Source of the DNA: Thiotrichaceae bacterium
GTDB lineage: Bacteria > Pseudomonadota > Gammaproteobacteria > Beggiatoales > Beggiatoaceae
DNA: 64,000 nucleotides
Direction: 5' to 3'
Assembly: GCA_016745055.1 (NCBI GenBank)
Contig: JADGDF010000005.1
Location: forward strand, 489 to 64,488
Within the stretch, counting starts at the first letter, position 1, and the number at the start of each line of letters is the position of its first letter. A program made the translations under genes and the position numbers. This document shows, piece after piece, positions 9,887 to 20,300 of the stretch. The notes below the pieces were generated by a model, which was given only the letters and a program-made list of their open reading frames with translations, did not search any database and was not told the origin of the DNA.

Positions 9887-9997
9887 GTGCGGACTCACTA
9901 TGATTAAGTTTGAGGATACTTTCTATAACCACCTCCAGCTATTTGTGAAGGAGAGATTATAAGGAGGTCTTAACTTAAGTGGCAGTGAAGTCCGCAC
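9887..9997 (+). promoter_or_regulatory. Candidate 5' leader structure enclosing the SD and start codon of the yhdP-like gene
   Basis: GTGCGGACT(CAC) at 9887-9898 is complementary to (GTGA)AGTCCGCAC at 9985-9997. Inside, ACCTCC (9931-9936) is complementary to the SD GGAGGT (9963-9968). The GTG start is at 9979. Confidence 0.3.
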
Positions 9998-12900
9998 TTA
10001 TTTTTCTAAAAATTATAATCCACCGCATGCAGCCTGTGTTATCGCGTCTGAATTTGATAATTGGCCTTTATTCAATCAAGATAATTCTTCTATTCTATAG
10101 TGCGATACTGTTCGCCAATCCACATGAAATCACACTAGCATTTGATATACCCACAGAATTTGGCAGTGGTCGTTTTCAAATTCAAATTGATACCGCGCAA
10201 CAATCAGTAAAAAATTCAACGATTACAGGCCAGTTTACCTTAGAAACCAATCAATGGTTAAAAGTCGCAACGGGAAAATTTCATTTTAACCAACCAAAAA
10301 TTGCTCACTGGCAATTAGATTTAACAGATTTAACTTTAAAAACTGGTCAGCATCATTGGCAGCAGCAAGCATTGACTATTTTAGCGGACTTTTCCAATGA
10401 TATTCCTCAATTCCAGGGAAATATTCCAAATTTATCTTTAGATGGTTGGTTGCCTTGGTTAAAGGAGACTATCAAGAAATTATCTCCTGCCTGGCAGAAA
10501 AAATTAAAAAGTTTAAAAATTCAAGGTAATCTTAAAAATCTGGCCTGGCAATACACTTCTCCCTCTGACTGGCAACTTAAAACAGACTTTCAGCAGCTTA
10601 AAATAGAACAATGGCAAACTGTACCTAAAATACAAAAACTATCAGGCCAACTGGAAATTTCTCCTAAACAGGGAAAAATACAGTTTGATACTTCTAAATT
10701 AACGATAGATCATACAAAGTTTTATACGCATTCTCTCAATTTTACCAAACTACGTGGTAGCCTTCGTTGGCAACGTCATGCGAAAAAATGGCAAATTTCG
10801 ACCTCGCAGTTACAATTTTTTGATCAAAAAATGAAATTTCAGATCAAAGGTAAACTTGATCTGCCTATTAGCGATGGTATACCAACAACAGATATACAAA
10901 TTGTCTTATCTAAAGGGCAGCTATCTCAGTTGAATAGTTATACGCCTGATAAATTACTACGCGGTTATTCAAAATGGTCCAATCAGGCAATAATTGCAGG
11001 TAATTTAGTTAAAGCAGAAGCTATTTTTAAAGGGCCAATTAATCAATTATTTGACAAAAAACATGGTCGTTTCAAGCTGAGTGCGCTTATTAAACAAGTA
11101 AACTTAAATTACGCAAAGGGTTATCCAGGCATTCATCATGCTCACATGAAAGTAGTGATGAAAGGCAAACATTTAACGGTTAAAGTTAGCACAGGCCAAA
11201 TTCTAAAAAGTGAAATTCGTAATGTTGTCATTGATATTGCTGATATATCTCAAGCTACCGTAAAAGTGTTTGGAACAGTCAATGGTAATGCGGAAAGTGG
11301 ATTAGATTTTGTGCAACAAAGTCCTTTACATAAAACAGTAAAATTGAAAGATTTACAACTGGAAGGACCTATGCAAATTTACCTAAATTTACTGATTCCG
11401 CTTAAATCTAGTAAATCAGGTAAAAAACAGGTCAAAGGCAAAATTACTTTCAAAAATAATTTGCTAAGAAACAAGTCATTGAATATTACCATCACCAATG
11501 TTGCAGGCATAGTCCAATTTACAGAAAATGAACTGATGGCAAAATCAATGACTGGAAAGTTATTTACTTATCCCATCAGTTTTAGTATCCAAAGTGCTAA
11601 TCACAAGCCAAAACGTACTCAAGTAAAAATTGAAGGATCAGCAAATCATTTATTTTTAAATCAACAATTGAGCCAATTAAATCCAAAATTTGCAGATTTA
11701 TCCATTTACAAACATTTTAATGGTAATATGGCCTGGCAAGCCTTGATTGAACTCACTGAAATGTCGCATAATACCAAGCAAATAAAGGTTTCAGTGAATA
11801 CGGATTTTTACGGTATGGGTATTAAATTACCAGCCCCTTTTGGCAAAGAAATTCATACCAATGCACCTTTTCAATTAACGGCTGTTCTTAACAATAAACA
11901 ACCTAATATTTTACGTTTTAATTATAATGAAGTCATTAATGGCGTATTTCAAATTAATCAAGCAGGTTTGGAAAAAGGGGCTATCATTCTAGGTGCCACA
12001 GAAGCAACGTTACCCACACGTTCAGGGTTAACTATGCAAGGTTATTTATCTGAATTTTCAGTTGAAGAATGGTTAACGTACTTTTCATCTCAATCCAGCT
12101 CCAACAATTTACAACCACATCGTTCTTCAAAACCCAGATTTTTAAGTACTTTGAATATTCATGTCAATCAATTGAAAATGTTTGGCCAACGCTTTAAAAA
12201 AGTTAATTTACAAGCAAAACATGTTAAAAATCAATGGCAGCTAAGTTTATCAGGAAACGATATTGATGGTTATTTACTCTACGATGATAAAAAAAAGAGT
12301 TTAAATTTTGTTTTTGACCGATTAAAGTTAAAAAAGCCTGAAAGTGTTCAAAAATCACCTAAAGTATTACTTACTTCTTCTAGTATCAATCCAAGAAATT
12401 TACCAAAAATAAATTTTTACTGCCGCGCCTTGCATTACGAAAAATTGGACTTAGGCACAATTAATGTATACACCGCACCTCATGAAAAAGGTTTATTAAT
12501 TGATTTATTAGAAGTTAAAAATCCTGAATTAAGCATTCAAATTCGTGGTAAATGGGAAAACAATCACTTTGGGGATCGCACTACTATTCAAGCTAATTTG
12601 AAAAGTGCTGATATTGCTAAAATGTTGAAACGTTTTGGTCATAAAGAATCGCCTATCATAGATTCCAGTGCAAAAGTGATCTTAGATGCTTCCTGGCAAA
12701 ATACGCCTTATAATTTTTCTTTGAAACAGTTGATGGGGTCTTTGCGCTTATTGATTACTGAAGGCCAGGTTGTGGATGTTGATCCTGGTTTAGGCCGAGT
12801 TTTGGGGCTATTTGATTTGCAAATATTACCGCAGCGACTTGCTTTAGATTTCAGCGATATTTTTAATGTGGGCTTCAAATTTTCAACGATTACAGGTAGT

Positions 12901-13200
12901 TTTGATATTAGAAAAGGTCATGCTTACACTGATAATTTGATTCTTCAAGGTCGGGCAGCCCATATCAAAATCAGTGGACGAACTGGTTTGGTAACTCAAG
13001 ATTACGATCAACTGATCACGGTTATTCCACATGTTTCCAATGCGTTGCCGGTTGCAAGTGCTATTGCTGGTGGTTTAGGAATTGGCGCAATTGCCTTACT
13101 GGTTCAAAAAATGTTGGAAAAAGAAATTGAAGAACTGATTAATTATCAGTACTTACTGACGGGGAGTTGGGAAAAATCTAAAATTGATGCCAAAAATTAG
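9979..13200 (+). CDS. YhdP/AsmA-like large envelope protein (TIGR02099-type)
   Basis: 1073-aa ORF. N-terminal hydrophobic anchor, long beta-rich body, C-terminal block GLGRVLGLFDL...LALDFSDIF..GF.F..I.G.F....G.A.T.NL...G..A.I...G......DYDQ.I.V.P.VS..LPVA typical of YhdP-family C-termini. Start uncertain (GTG 9979 or ATG 10027). Confidence 0.65.
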   Translation: MAVKSALIFLKIIIHRMQPVLSRLNLIIGLYSIKIILLFYSAILFANPHEITLAFDIPTEFGSGRFQIQIDTAQQSVKNSTITGQFTLETNQWLKVATGKFHFNQPKIAHWQLDLTDLTLKTGQHHWQQQALTILADFSNDIPQFQGNIPNLSLDGWLPWLKETIKKLSPAWQKKLKSLKIQGNLKNLAWQYTSPSDWQLKTDFQQLKIEQWQTVPKIQKLSGQLEISPKQGKIQFDTSKLTIDHTKFYTHSLNFTKLRGSLRWQRHAKKWQISTSQLQFFDQKMKFQIKGKLDLPISDGIPTTDIQIVLSKGQLSQLNSYTPDKLLRGYSKWSNQAIIAGNLVKAEAIFKGPINQLFDKKHGRFKLSALIKQVNLNYAKGYPGIHHAHMKVVMKGKHLTVKVSTGQILKSEIRNVVIDIADISQATVKVFGTVNGNAESGLDFVQQSPLHKTVKLKDLQLEGPMQIYLNLLIPLKSSKSGKKQVKGKITFKNNLLRNKSLNITITNVAGIVQFTENELMAKSMTGKLFTYPISFSIQSANHKPKRTQVKIEGSANHLFLNQQLSQLNPKFADLSIYKHFNGNMAWQALIELTEMSHNTKQIKVSVNTDFYGMGIKLPAPFGKEIHTNAPFQLTAVLNNKQPNILRFNYNEVINGVFQINQAGLEKGAIILGATEATLPTRSGLTMQGYLSEFSVEEWLTYFSSQSSSNNLQPHRSSKPRFLSTLNIHVNQLKMFGQRFKKVNLQAKHVKNQWQLSLSGNDIDGYLLYDDKKKSLNFVFDRLKLKKPESVQKSPKVLLTSSSINPRNLPKINFYCRALHYEKLDLGTINVYTAPHEKGLLIDLLEVKNPELSIQIRGKWENNHFGDRTTIQANLKSADIAKMLKRFGHKESPIIDSSAKVILDASWQNTPYNFSLKQLMGSLRLLITEGQVVDVDPGLGRVLGLFDLQILPQRLALDFSDIFNVGFKFSTITGSFDIRKGHAYTDNLILQGRAAHIKISGRTGLVTQDYDQLITVIPHVSNALPVASAIAGGLGIGAIALLVQKMLEKEIEELINYQYLLTGSWEKSKIDAKN

Positions 13201-13317
13201 TGGATAACCTTGTTAATATAGCTAGAATCCTATGTAAGTACAAATAGTTCTGGGCGTATCAATGATTTTAGTATCACAAAAGGAATAGTGTGCATAAATT
13301 GCATAGTATTTTAACCC

Positions 13318-13848
13318 TTATACAATTAAATGCCGTGTTTCAGAGCTTGGTTCTGAATCTTCCCATAGTTGGTTAAATAATTTACTTAATGCTTTGGCAT
13401 TTTTACCATCGCAAAAATTGACAGAAGACTTGAAACTATCTTTAAATTCTCGATGCATAAAACCAATATTATCCGCAATCATGAAACTTTCAGTCAGTGT
13501 GTGATATTGCACAGCTAATTCTCTAAATTCCAATAAGCTACCTAGACGTTTACCTAAATAAATCAGTAAGTGTCTGCTTTGTGACACATTACGAATATTG
13601 GGCAGTAAAACCCGAATTCTTGAGTGACGACTTAGTAATGCTAAGTCTTCAATGGCTTCACAGCAGGCTTCAGTATCATAAATTTCTAAATCAAGTCTGC
13701 GTCCTAAAATATCTAAGTACATTTCTGTTTGCTGTATCATGGATAAGGCCACCGCTTGATTTTCTTCATCCCCAATGCAAGTGAATAATTCGTTAGTTTC
13801 TCCTAAAATAAATTGTTCTTCATTATCTAATGTGTCAATCGTATCCAT
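13318..13848 (-). CDS. Hypothetical protein
   Basis: 176-aa acidic ORF with no motif I recognise. Convergent with the yhdP-like gene. Confidence 0.4.
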   Translation of the reverse strand: MDTIDTLDNEEQFILGETNELFTCIGDEENQAVALSMIQQTEMYLDILGRRLDLEIYDTEACCEAIEDLALLSRHSRIRVLLPNIRNVSQSRHLLIYLGKRLGSLLEFRELAVQYHTLTESFMIADNIGFMHREFKDSFKSSVNFCDGKNAKALSKLFNQLWEDSEPSSETRHLIV

Positions 13849-13975
13849 ATTGCATCATTCCATGATTTTATAGACTTGGCAGGTCTTAACTACCAGGCTT
13901 TTTATGATCACAAACCATTCCTCAGCCAGCACTACTCAATTATGAAACTGAGGAATAGGAATTAAATAACTTCCA

Positions 13976-14050
13976 TAAGTTTTCAATCAGACCTGGCAGG
14001 TTTTTAAAACCTGCCAGGTCTTGTTTCCGATTTTATTTAGTTCCCATTCC
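13976..14050 (-). repeat. About 75-bp dispersed intergenic element (CCTGGCAGG family), copy 2, inverted relative to copy 1
   Basis: Contains the perfect palindrome gacctggcaggttttTaaaacctgccaggtc. Its reverse complement aligns almost base-for-base with 6839-6914. It abuts the gspE stop codon (14050-14052), the same position and orientation relative to the upstream gene as copy 1. Confidence 0.8.
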
Positions 14051-15534
14051 TAAATACTCCGGGTGACACGCAAAATTTCTTCAGGCGTTGTCATACCTGA
14101 TTTTAGCTTTTCTAATGCATTTGAACGTAAAGTTTGCATGCCTTCTTTAACGGCTTCAGCACGAATTGCGTTAGCGTCTCCGCCTGCACTGATCACATGA
14201 CGAAGATTATCAGAAATAAGTAGTAGTTCATATAATCCAACTCGTCCGCGGTAACCTGTGTTAGCACAACGTTCACAGCCTTTGCCACGCATGGTAGTAG
14301 GATAATCACGTAGATTAACACCTAAAGCATCCGCTTCTTCTGGTGTGAGCGGGTGTTCTTGATGACAATGAGAGCATACTTTACGCACTAAACGTTGCGC
14401 CATTGTGGCAATGACACTGGAACTGATTAAGTAAGTATCAATCCCCATATCTTGCAAACGGGTAATTGCCCCTGCAGCATCGTTAGTATGCAAAGTTGAA
14501 AAAACTAAGTGGCCCGTGAGTGCTGATTCAATCGCAATTTCTGCCGTTTCGTGATCACGAATTTCACCAATCATGATAATGTCAGGATCTTGCCGCACGA
14601 TGGAGCGTAAACCTGCAGAAAAAGTTAGTCCTATTTTGGCGTTGACGTGAATTTGGGTGATACCTTCTAGTTGGTATTCAACCGGGTCTTCAACGGTAAT
14701 AATTTTTTGAACACCCGTATTGATTTTTTCCAAAGTCCCATATAAAGTTGTTGTTTTACCACTCCCTGTTGGACCTGTGACGAGTACCATGCCATGGGGC
14801 TGTTGAATCATTTTAGCATAAGGTTTAAGAATTTCTTTTGGCATCCCCAGTTGATCTAAGCTAACACTCACATCACTACGATCTAAAATACGTAATACAA
14901 TGGATTCACCATGCACGCCTGGCAAAGTGGATACCCGCATATCTAAAACACGTTCTCCCATGGTGTATTGAATACGACCATCTTGTGGTAAACGTTTTTC
15001 ACCAATATCTAAACGGGCCATCAATTTAACTCTGGAAGAAATAGAGGGCTGAACAGAAGCAGGTAATTTTTCAATATGAACCATTACACCATCGACACGA
15101 CAGCGTACCATTAAATGTTTTTCTTCTGGTTCAAAGTGAATATCACTAGCACTTAAATCCAATGCCCGCTCCATTAAGTGATTTACCATACGAATCACTG
15201 GAGCATCAGAGGCTAAATCTTTTAAATAATCGCTGTCAGTATCATCACCGAGTGCCTCAGTACCTTCCATTTCAGGAGATAGTTTTGCCCGCCAATGCTT
15301 AATCAAACGTTCAATTTGATCTTCTTTTGCCTTTTCAAAGCGAACGTGCGAACCTAATAAAAATCTTACTTTAGCGCGATCTTCAATCTCAGGTAATTCA
15401 GCAAATAGTAAACGAGGATCGTCGGGGAATTGTTCTACGGGCGCAATATTTTTTTTTGCCAGTAATTGGGTAAATGTCTGTAAGTGAATACTTGCCATCT
15501 TGTATCCATCCCTATCATTAATGAAACTTGTCAA
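14050..15534 (-). CDS. gspE: GspE/PulE-family secretion ATPase (type II secretion / type IV pilus-type)
   Basis: 494-aa ORF. Walker A GPTGSGKTT, Walker B DIIMIGEIRD, His box, tetracysteine CSHC...CERC...GYRGRVGLYE. The track start is a TTG. An ATG at 15498 (MASIHLQ...) is an alternative. Confidence 0.85.
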   Translation of the reverse strand: MTSFINDRDGYKMASIHLQTFTQLLAKKNIAPVEQFPDDPRLLFAELPEIEDRAKVRFLLGSHVRFEKAKEDQIERLIKHWRAKLSPEMEGTEALGDDTDSDYLKDLASDAPVIRMVNHLMERALDLSASDIHFEPEEKHLMVRCRVDGVMVHIEKLPASVQPSISSRVKLMARLDIGEKRLPQDGRIQYTMGERVLDMRVSTLPGVHGESIVLRILDRSDVSVSLDQLGMPKEILKPYAKMIQQPHGMVLVTGPTGSGKTTTLYGTLEKINTGVQKIITVEDPVEYQLEGITQIHVNAKIGLTFSAGLRSIVRQDPDIIMIGEIRDHETAEIAIESALTGHLVFSTLHTNDAAGAITRLQDMGIDTYLISSSVIATMAQRLVRKVCSHCHQEHPLTPEEADALGVNLRDYPTTMRGKGCERCANTGYRGRVGLYELLLISDNLRHVISAGGDANAIRAEAVKEGMQTLRSNALEKLKSGMTTPEEILRVTRSI

Positions 15535-15668
15535 TAATTATGGTTACTTCAACACCGTCCGTCAACTTTTATCCTACTGAGGTTAGATTTCATATAAAAT
15601 TATCTGAAGTATTGAAGAAGCAACATGAAGTGTATAAAATCGTGGGAAACTTTTATAGGTAATTGATT

Positions 15669-16169
15669 ATGAGCAAGGCGCTAATCATCATCGGTGGTTT
15701 ACTGGCTGGTATTATGATGGCTGGTATGATGGGGTTAATGGTGTTTGATATGCATCGAATGACTGGAGCTGTCGTGGATATGAGCAAAAATGTCCATAAA
15801 ATGAGTGGAGATATGTCTATAATGCGAACACAATTTGTCGACATGACTAAACGGGTCACCAGTATGAGTTATGTATTAAAAAACTTGGATACAAACATGG
15901 TTGACATGAATGCAAGTGTTATGGGAATGGATAATAATATGATTGAAATGCAAAGTAATATCAAATTCATTCAGGAAGCAATGGGTAAAGATATGACTAA
16001 TATGAGTGAAGATGTGGGACAGATGTCAAAGAATGTGAATGTTATGGCAAAAAGTGTATTTGGTATGAATGATAAAATGGAACAGATGGTTTATGACATT
16101 CACCGAGGTCAAAGTTCTTTTACTTCTCCTTTTGGTTACATGCGTAATTTTGTAAGAAATCCTGAGTAA
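15669..16169 (+). CDS. Membrane-anchored methionine-rich helical protein, unknown function
   Basis: N-terminal TM segment ALIIIGGLLAGIMMAGMMGLMV, then about 115 residues with Met at i/i+3/i+4/i+7 spacing. I count 29 Met in 166 residues. ATG at 15669 (the track TTG at 15663 is two codons upstream). Confidence 0.6.
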   Translation: MSKALIIIGGLLAGIMMAGMMGLMVFDMHRMTGAVVDMSKNVHKMSGDMSIMRTQFVDMTKRVTSMSYVLKNLDTNMVDMNASVMGMDNNMIEMQSNIKFIQEAMGKDMTNMSEDVGQMSKNVNVMAKSVFGMNDKMEQMVYDIHRGQSSFTSPFGYMRNFVRNPE

Positions 16170-16175
16170 AAAACA

Positions 16176-17132
16176 ATGAAACTATATTTTCATATCATTA
16201 TTTTATTACTCACTTTTGGGTTAACTGCTTGTTATGAATCCCAACAAAGTATGCAATCCAACCATGTCTCTCATGAATCACCCACTATTCAAACTATATC
16301 TTCACCAAAGCTCAAAGAAATTATAGTAGCGGCCCCTTCCGTACCGCTTCCACCTTATTTTTGTCGTAATGAAAAAAAAGGTCTTGAAAAAGATATTATC
16401 AAGGAAGCATTTGAAGCAAGTGGATACTTGCCTCAATTCACGCATAAAAAAGGTAGAGAGCAAAAATTAGTTGAACTTAACTCAAAAATAGCGTGTGTGA
16501 CAACAGTTAATGAAACATCTAAGGAACTTTCTCCTAATGATGGCTATTTTTCTGAAGATATCATTGCTTACCAAGATGTTGCCATTACTTTAAAAATTCG
16601 TCAAGAACATAAGCAATTCAAGATTGAAAACATAGAAAACCTTAGAGGATTGACTGTTGAAACTTTTAATGGTGCATATAGACACTTAGGATTTGGGTCA
16701 GTGCTTGGTAAAAAGGAAAACAACCGTCGTTTTCATGAACATTCGGGTAAAGCAAGCCAAGTGATACTACTTTATCGAGGCCGTTTAGATGTGTTAATTA
16801 TTGACAAACGTGTTTTCGCTTATTTTTTTAGCACATACAAAGAGCATATAAAAGAAAAAAAATACTATAGACGGAAAAAGTTTAAATCTTTCGAACCGAT
16901 CAAAACATTTTACCCTATTGAAGATGCTATCAATGTTCATCCTATTTTCGGAGAAAATAAACCCTACAAAATTTTTTGTAAAGATGAAAAAGTGCTAAAT
17001 GATTTCAATCAAGGATTAGTCACACTTAAAAACTCTGGTAGATACCAACAAATTATTGACGAGTATCCTGAACCTGAAGGCCAACAAAATTATATGACTC
17101 TAAAAGATGATGTCTGTGATACAGAAAATTGA
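16176..17132 (+). CDS. Lipoprotein, possibly a family-3 solute-binding-protein-like fold
   Basis: Lipobox LLTFGLTAC. Weak resemblance to periplasmic substrate-binding proteins (PLPPYF...GLEKDIIKEAF). Starts 6 nt after the Met-rich ORF. Confidence 0.45.
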   Translation: MKLYFHIIILLLTFGLTACYESQQSMQSNHVSHESPTIQTISSPKLKEIIVAAPSVPLPPYFCRNEKKGLEKDIIKEAFEASGYLPQFTHKKGREQKLVELNSKIACVTTVNETSKELSPNDGYFSEDIIAYQDVAITLKIRQEHKQFKIENIENLRGLTVETFNGAYRHLGFGSVLGKKENNRRFHEHSGKASQVILLYRGRLDVLIIDKRVFAYFFSTYKEHIKEKKYYRRKKFKSFEPIKTFYPIEDAINVHPIFGENKPYKIFCKDEKVLNDFNQGLVTLKNSGRYQQIIDEYPEPEGQQNYMTLKDDVCDTEN

Positions 17133-17315
17133 TCATTAAGATAAAGATTCTAGTGATTCAACCCAACTTGAGCCTTATACTTTGTAAAGAAACTTAGATT
17201 CACATCCCATACCTTGTAAGGGTAATTCATTAAACTGCTTGAGTTATTAGTAACATAACTCAGGTAAATATTTCCCGAATACTCTATCTGCTGTTTGTAG
17301 TTCACCGAGTTTGTT

Positions 17316-20300
17316 ATGACGACATCAAATTCATTAAAAGAAAGGAAAAACAACAAGCAGCTTTGTTATGTACCGCTAAAATATACTCTCATGGGGTCAT
17401 TTTTATTGCTGATTATCCCCATTTTGATTGCCATTTCTTATTCCAATTATGTTAATGCCAAAAATGATTTAGAACATGCTTACACTTTTTTACAAAAGCA
17501 AACAGAAAATAATATTCTAAACGCAATTAAATTGGTTAACTCTGGTCATAAAGTGCTATCTAAATTTCTTGATAAAGAGATGGAAGATGCCTTTGTAGTC
17601 TTCACAGCCGCTTATATAGTCGCAAACAACAACCCTGATAAAATGAATTTGCAAGCGCTAAAAAAGCATTTAGGCGGAAAAATGGACTTATATCTGATTA
17701 GTCCAGAAGGTATAGTTAAATATACCACCTATGCCAAAGACTTAGGATTAGATTTAAAAAAGTGGCCCGATGTTTATCAAAGGTTAAATGAAGCTTTACA
17801 GAAGGACGAATACGTTGACGGAGGTTTAGCGACTGAAGCCCGCACAGGTAAAATTAGAAAATTCTCCTATAAATCCGCGCCTGATCATAAATATTTATTA
17901 GAGTTAGGGGTATCTTTCGACCAACTAAGTGATTTGGTTGGTGAACTTGATTTAGTCCAAATTACTCGTCGTTTAAAAGGACTCAATCCTTCCTTAACCA
18001 ATATTAAAATATTCAGTCGACATGGACATGCATTAGGTCTTTTAAATTATAAACCCACTCAAGAAATCCTTCACATTATTAACGAGGTTTACGAAAATCA
18101 AGGCGTTCACCTTATTGAGGATGAGTCTAAACAACGTCAGATTCAATACATTTTTGTAAACCTAAAAGATAACTCAAATAATAGCAGTTCTGACGCGAGC
18201 AAAGTCATTGAACTTACTTACACCACTCGACTGATTGACGATAGTTTAAAGCGCACTGCTGCTTTCCATTTAGTACTCAGTGTTATTGCCATCGTACTCA
18301 GTATTATTTTCACTTTTTTTATTGCTGCCTGGCTCACTACACCCATTATCAAAATTGTCCACAGTGTTAATATTATTGCTCAAGGTGATCTTGAACATCC
18401 CATTGAAGTTGAAACTAACAATGAGTTAAAACTACTCAAACAAAGCATTAGCATCATGGTTGACAGCATGTTGAGTAATATCAAAAAAATTAAACAGAAA
18501 AATATAGAACTCAATGAGTTAGACAAACTCAAAGATGATTTTCTGTCCAACACATCACACGAACTACGGACTCCGCTTAATGGCATTATGGGCATTGCCG
18601 AATCCATGATTGATGGTGCTGCAGGTAAATTGCCCGAAAAAGCCATTGAAAATCTTTCTATGATAGTTTTCAGTGGCAAACGGCTGTCCAATTTAGTCAA
18701 CGATATTCTTGATTTCTCCAAGCTCAAACATAAAAACTTAGACCTGCAAATCAAACCTATCAGCATCAAAGTGCTAGTTGACATTGTTATGATTCTATCT
18801 AAGCCACTGGTGGGTAAAAAAGAAATTACTTTAATAAATTTAATAAAAGATGATCCCTTAGTAGATGCTGATGAAAACCGTTTACAACAAATATTTCACA
18901 ACCTCATTAGCAATGCCATCAAATTCACCGAATTTGGTTCAGTTGAAGTTTACGCAAAAATACATGAACAAGTCCTAGAAATAACGGTTGCAGATACTGG
19001 GGTCGGTATTCCTTCTGACAAACTCCATAATGTATTTCTGCCTTTTGAGCAAGCAGATAGTTCCATTTCAAGAGAATATGGTGGAACAGGTCTTGGCCTA
19101 TCAATTACCAAACAATTGATTGAATTACATGGTGGTCAAATTAACATCCAATCCACCAAAGGTATCGGCACTAAAATTTATTTCAGTTTGCCACTCTCCC
19201 AAGCTGCTGAAGCACAATATACTCAAGATATGAATCAAGTACTTGCGCGTGTTCACGAAACAGCACATACGTTAAAAACTGATACTGAAGAAATGCCGAT
19301 TGAGATGGAAAGAACTTTACTGGTACAAGAATCAGAAGAAGATAATAAGTTACTTGTTGCAACAGATAAAATATTTAGTGAAGATGATTTACACATACTT
19401 ATTGTGGATGATGATCCAATTAACTTACAAGTGCTTGAAAACCAACTCAGCTTAGAAAATTATAAAACTACTCGAGCGGCCAATGGGGATGAGGCACTTG
19501 TGGCAATTCGTAGTGGCACATCCTTTGTTATTGTGTTATTAGATATTATGATGCCTAAGATGTCTGGTTTTGAAGTGTGTCGCATTATTCGTGAAACCCA
19601 TCCGGCTAACCAATTGCCTGTCATTATGCTTACGGCAAAAAACCAAGTCTCAAATTTGGTTGAAGGTTTAAATGCAGGTGCTAATGATTACTTGACTAAA
19701 CCTTTTTCTAAAGGTGAACTAATTACTCGTATTAAAACTCATGTACAACTTGCCAGAGTCAATATTGCTTACAGCAACTTTGTTCCACTTGAATTTCTGC
19801 ATCTGCTCGAAAAAGAAAGTATTATTGACGTTAAACTCGGTGATCACGTTCAAAAATACATGGCTATTTTATTTGTTGACATTCGTTCTTTCACTACATT
19901 GTCAGAAAGTATGACGCCTAAAGAAAATTTTGATTTCATCAATGCTTACTTAGGGCGAGTGAGTCCTGTCATTCGTAAATACTGTGGTTTTATTGATAAA
20001 TATATTGGTGATGCTGTCATGGCTTTATTTCCTAACAGTCCTGATAATGCAGTACAAGCAGCCATTGAAATTCATAAACAACTCCACAAGTTTAATAAAG
20101 AAAGAGTAGAAGGACATTTGCAACCAATCAAAATTGGCATTGGTATACATGTTGGTACGTTGATGTTAGGGACAATTGGTGAAGAAAAGCGGATGGAAGG
20201 CACAGTAATTTCAGATGCTGTCAACTTAGCCTCACGTTTAGAGGGATTGACTAAAATGTATGGTGCTTCTATCCTTATTAGCGGCGAAGTATTAATGGAA

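Noticed and set aside
6839-14050. Composite transposon or invertible cassette bounded by the inverted 75-bp elements
   Set aside because: The intervening genes are ordinary chromosomal functions (sugar-nucleotide SDRs, peroxiredoxin, yhdP-like). There is no transposase or recombinase, and each element is positioned as a gene-3'-end module. A dispersed REP/MITE-like family is the simpler reading. Inversion is left as a testable side possibility.
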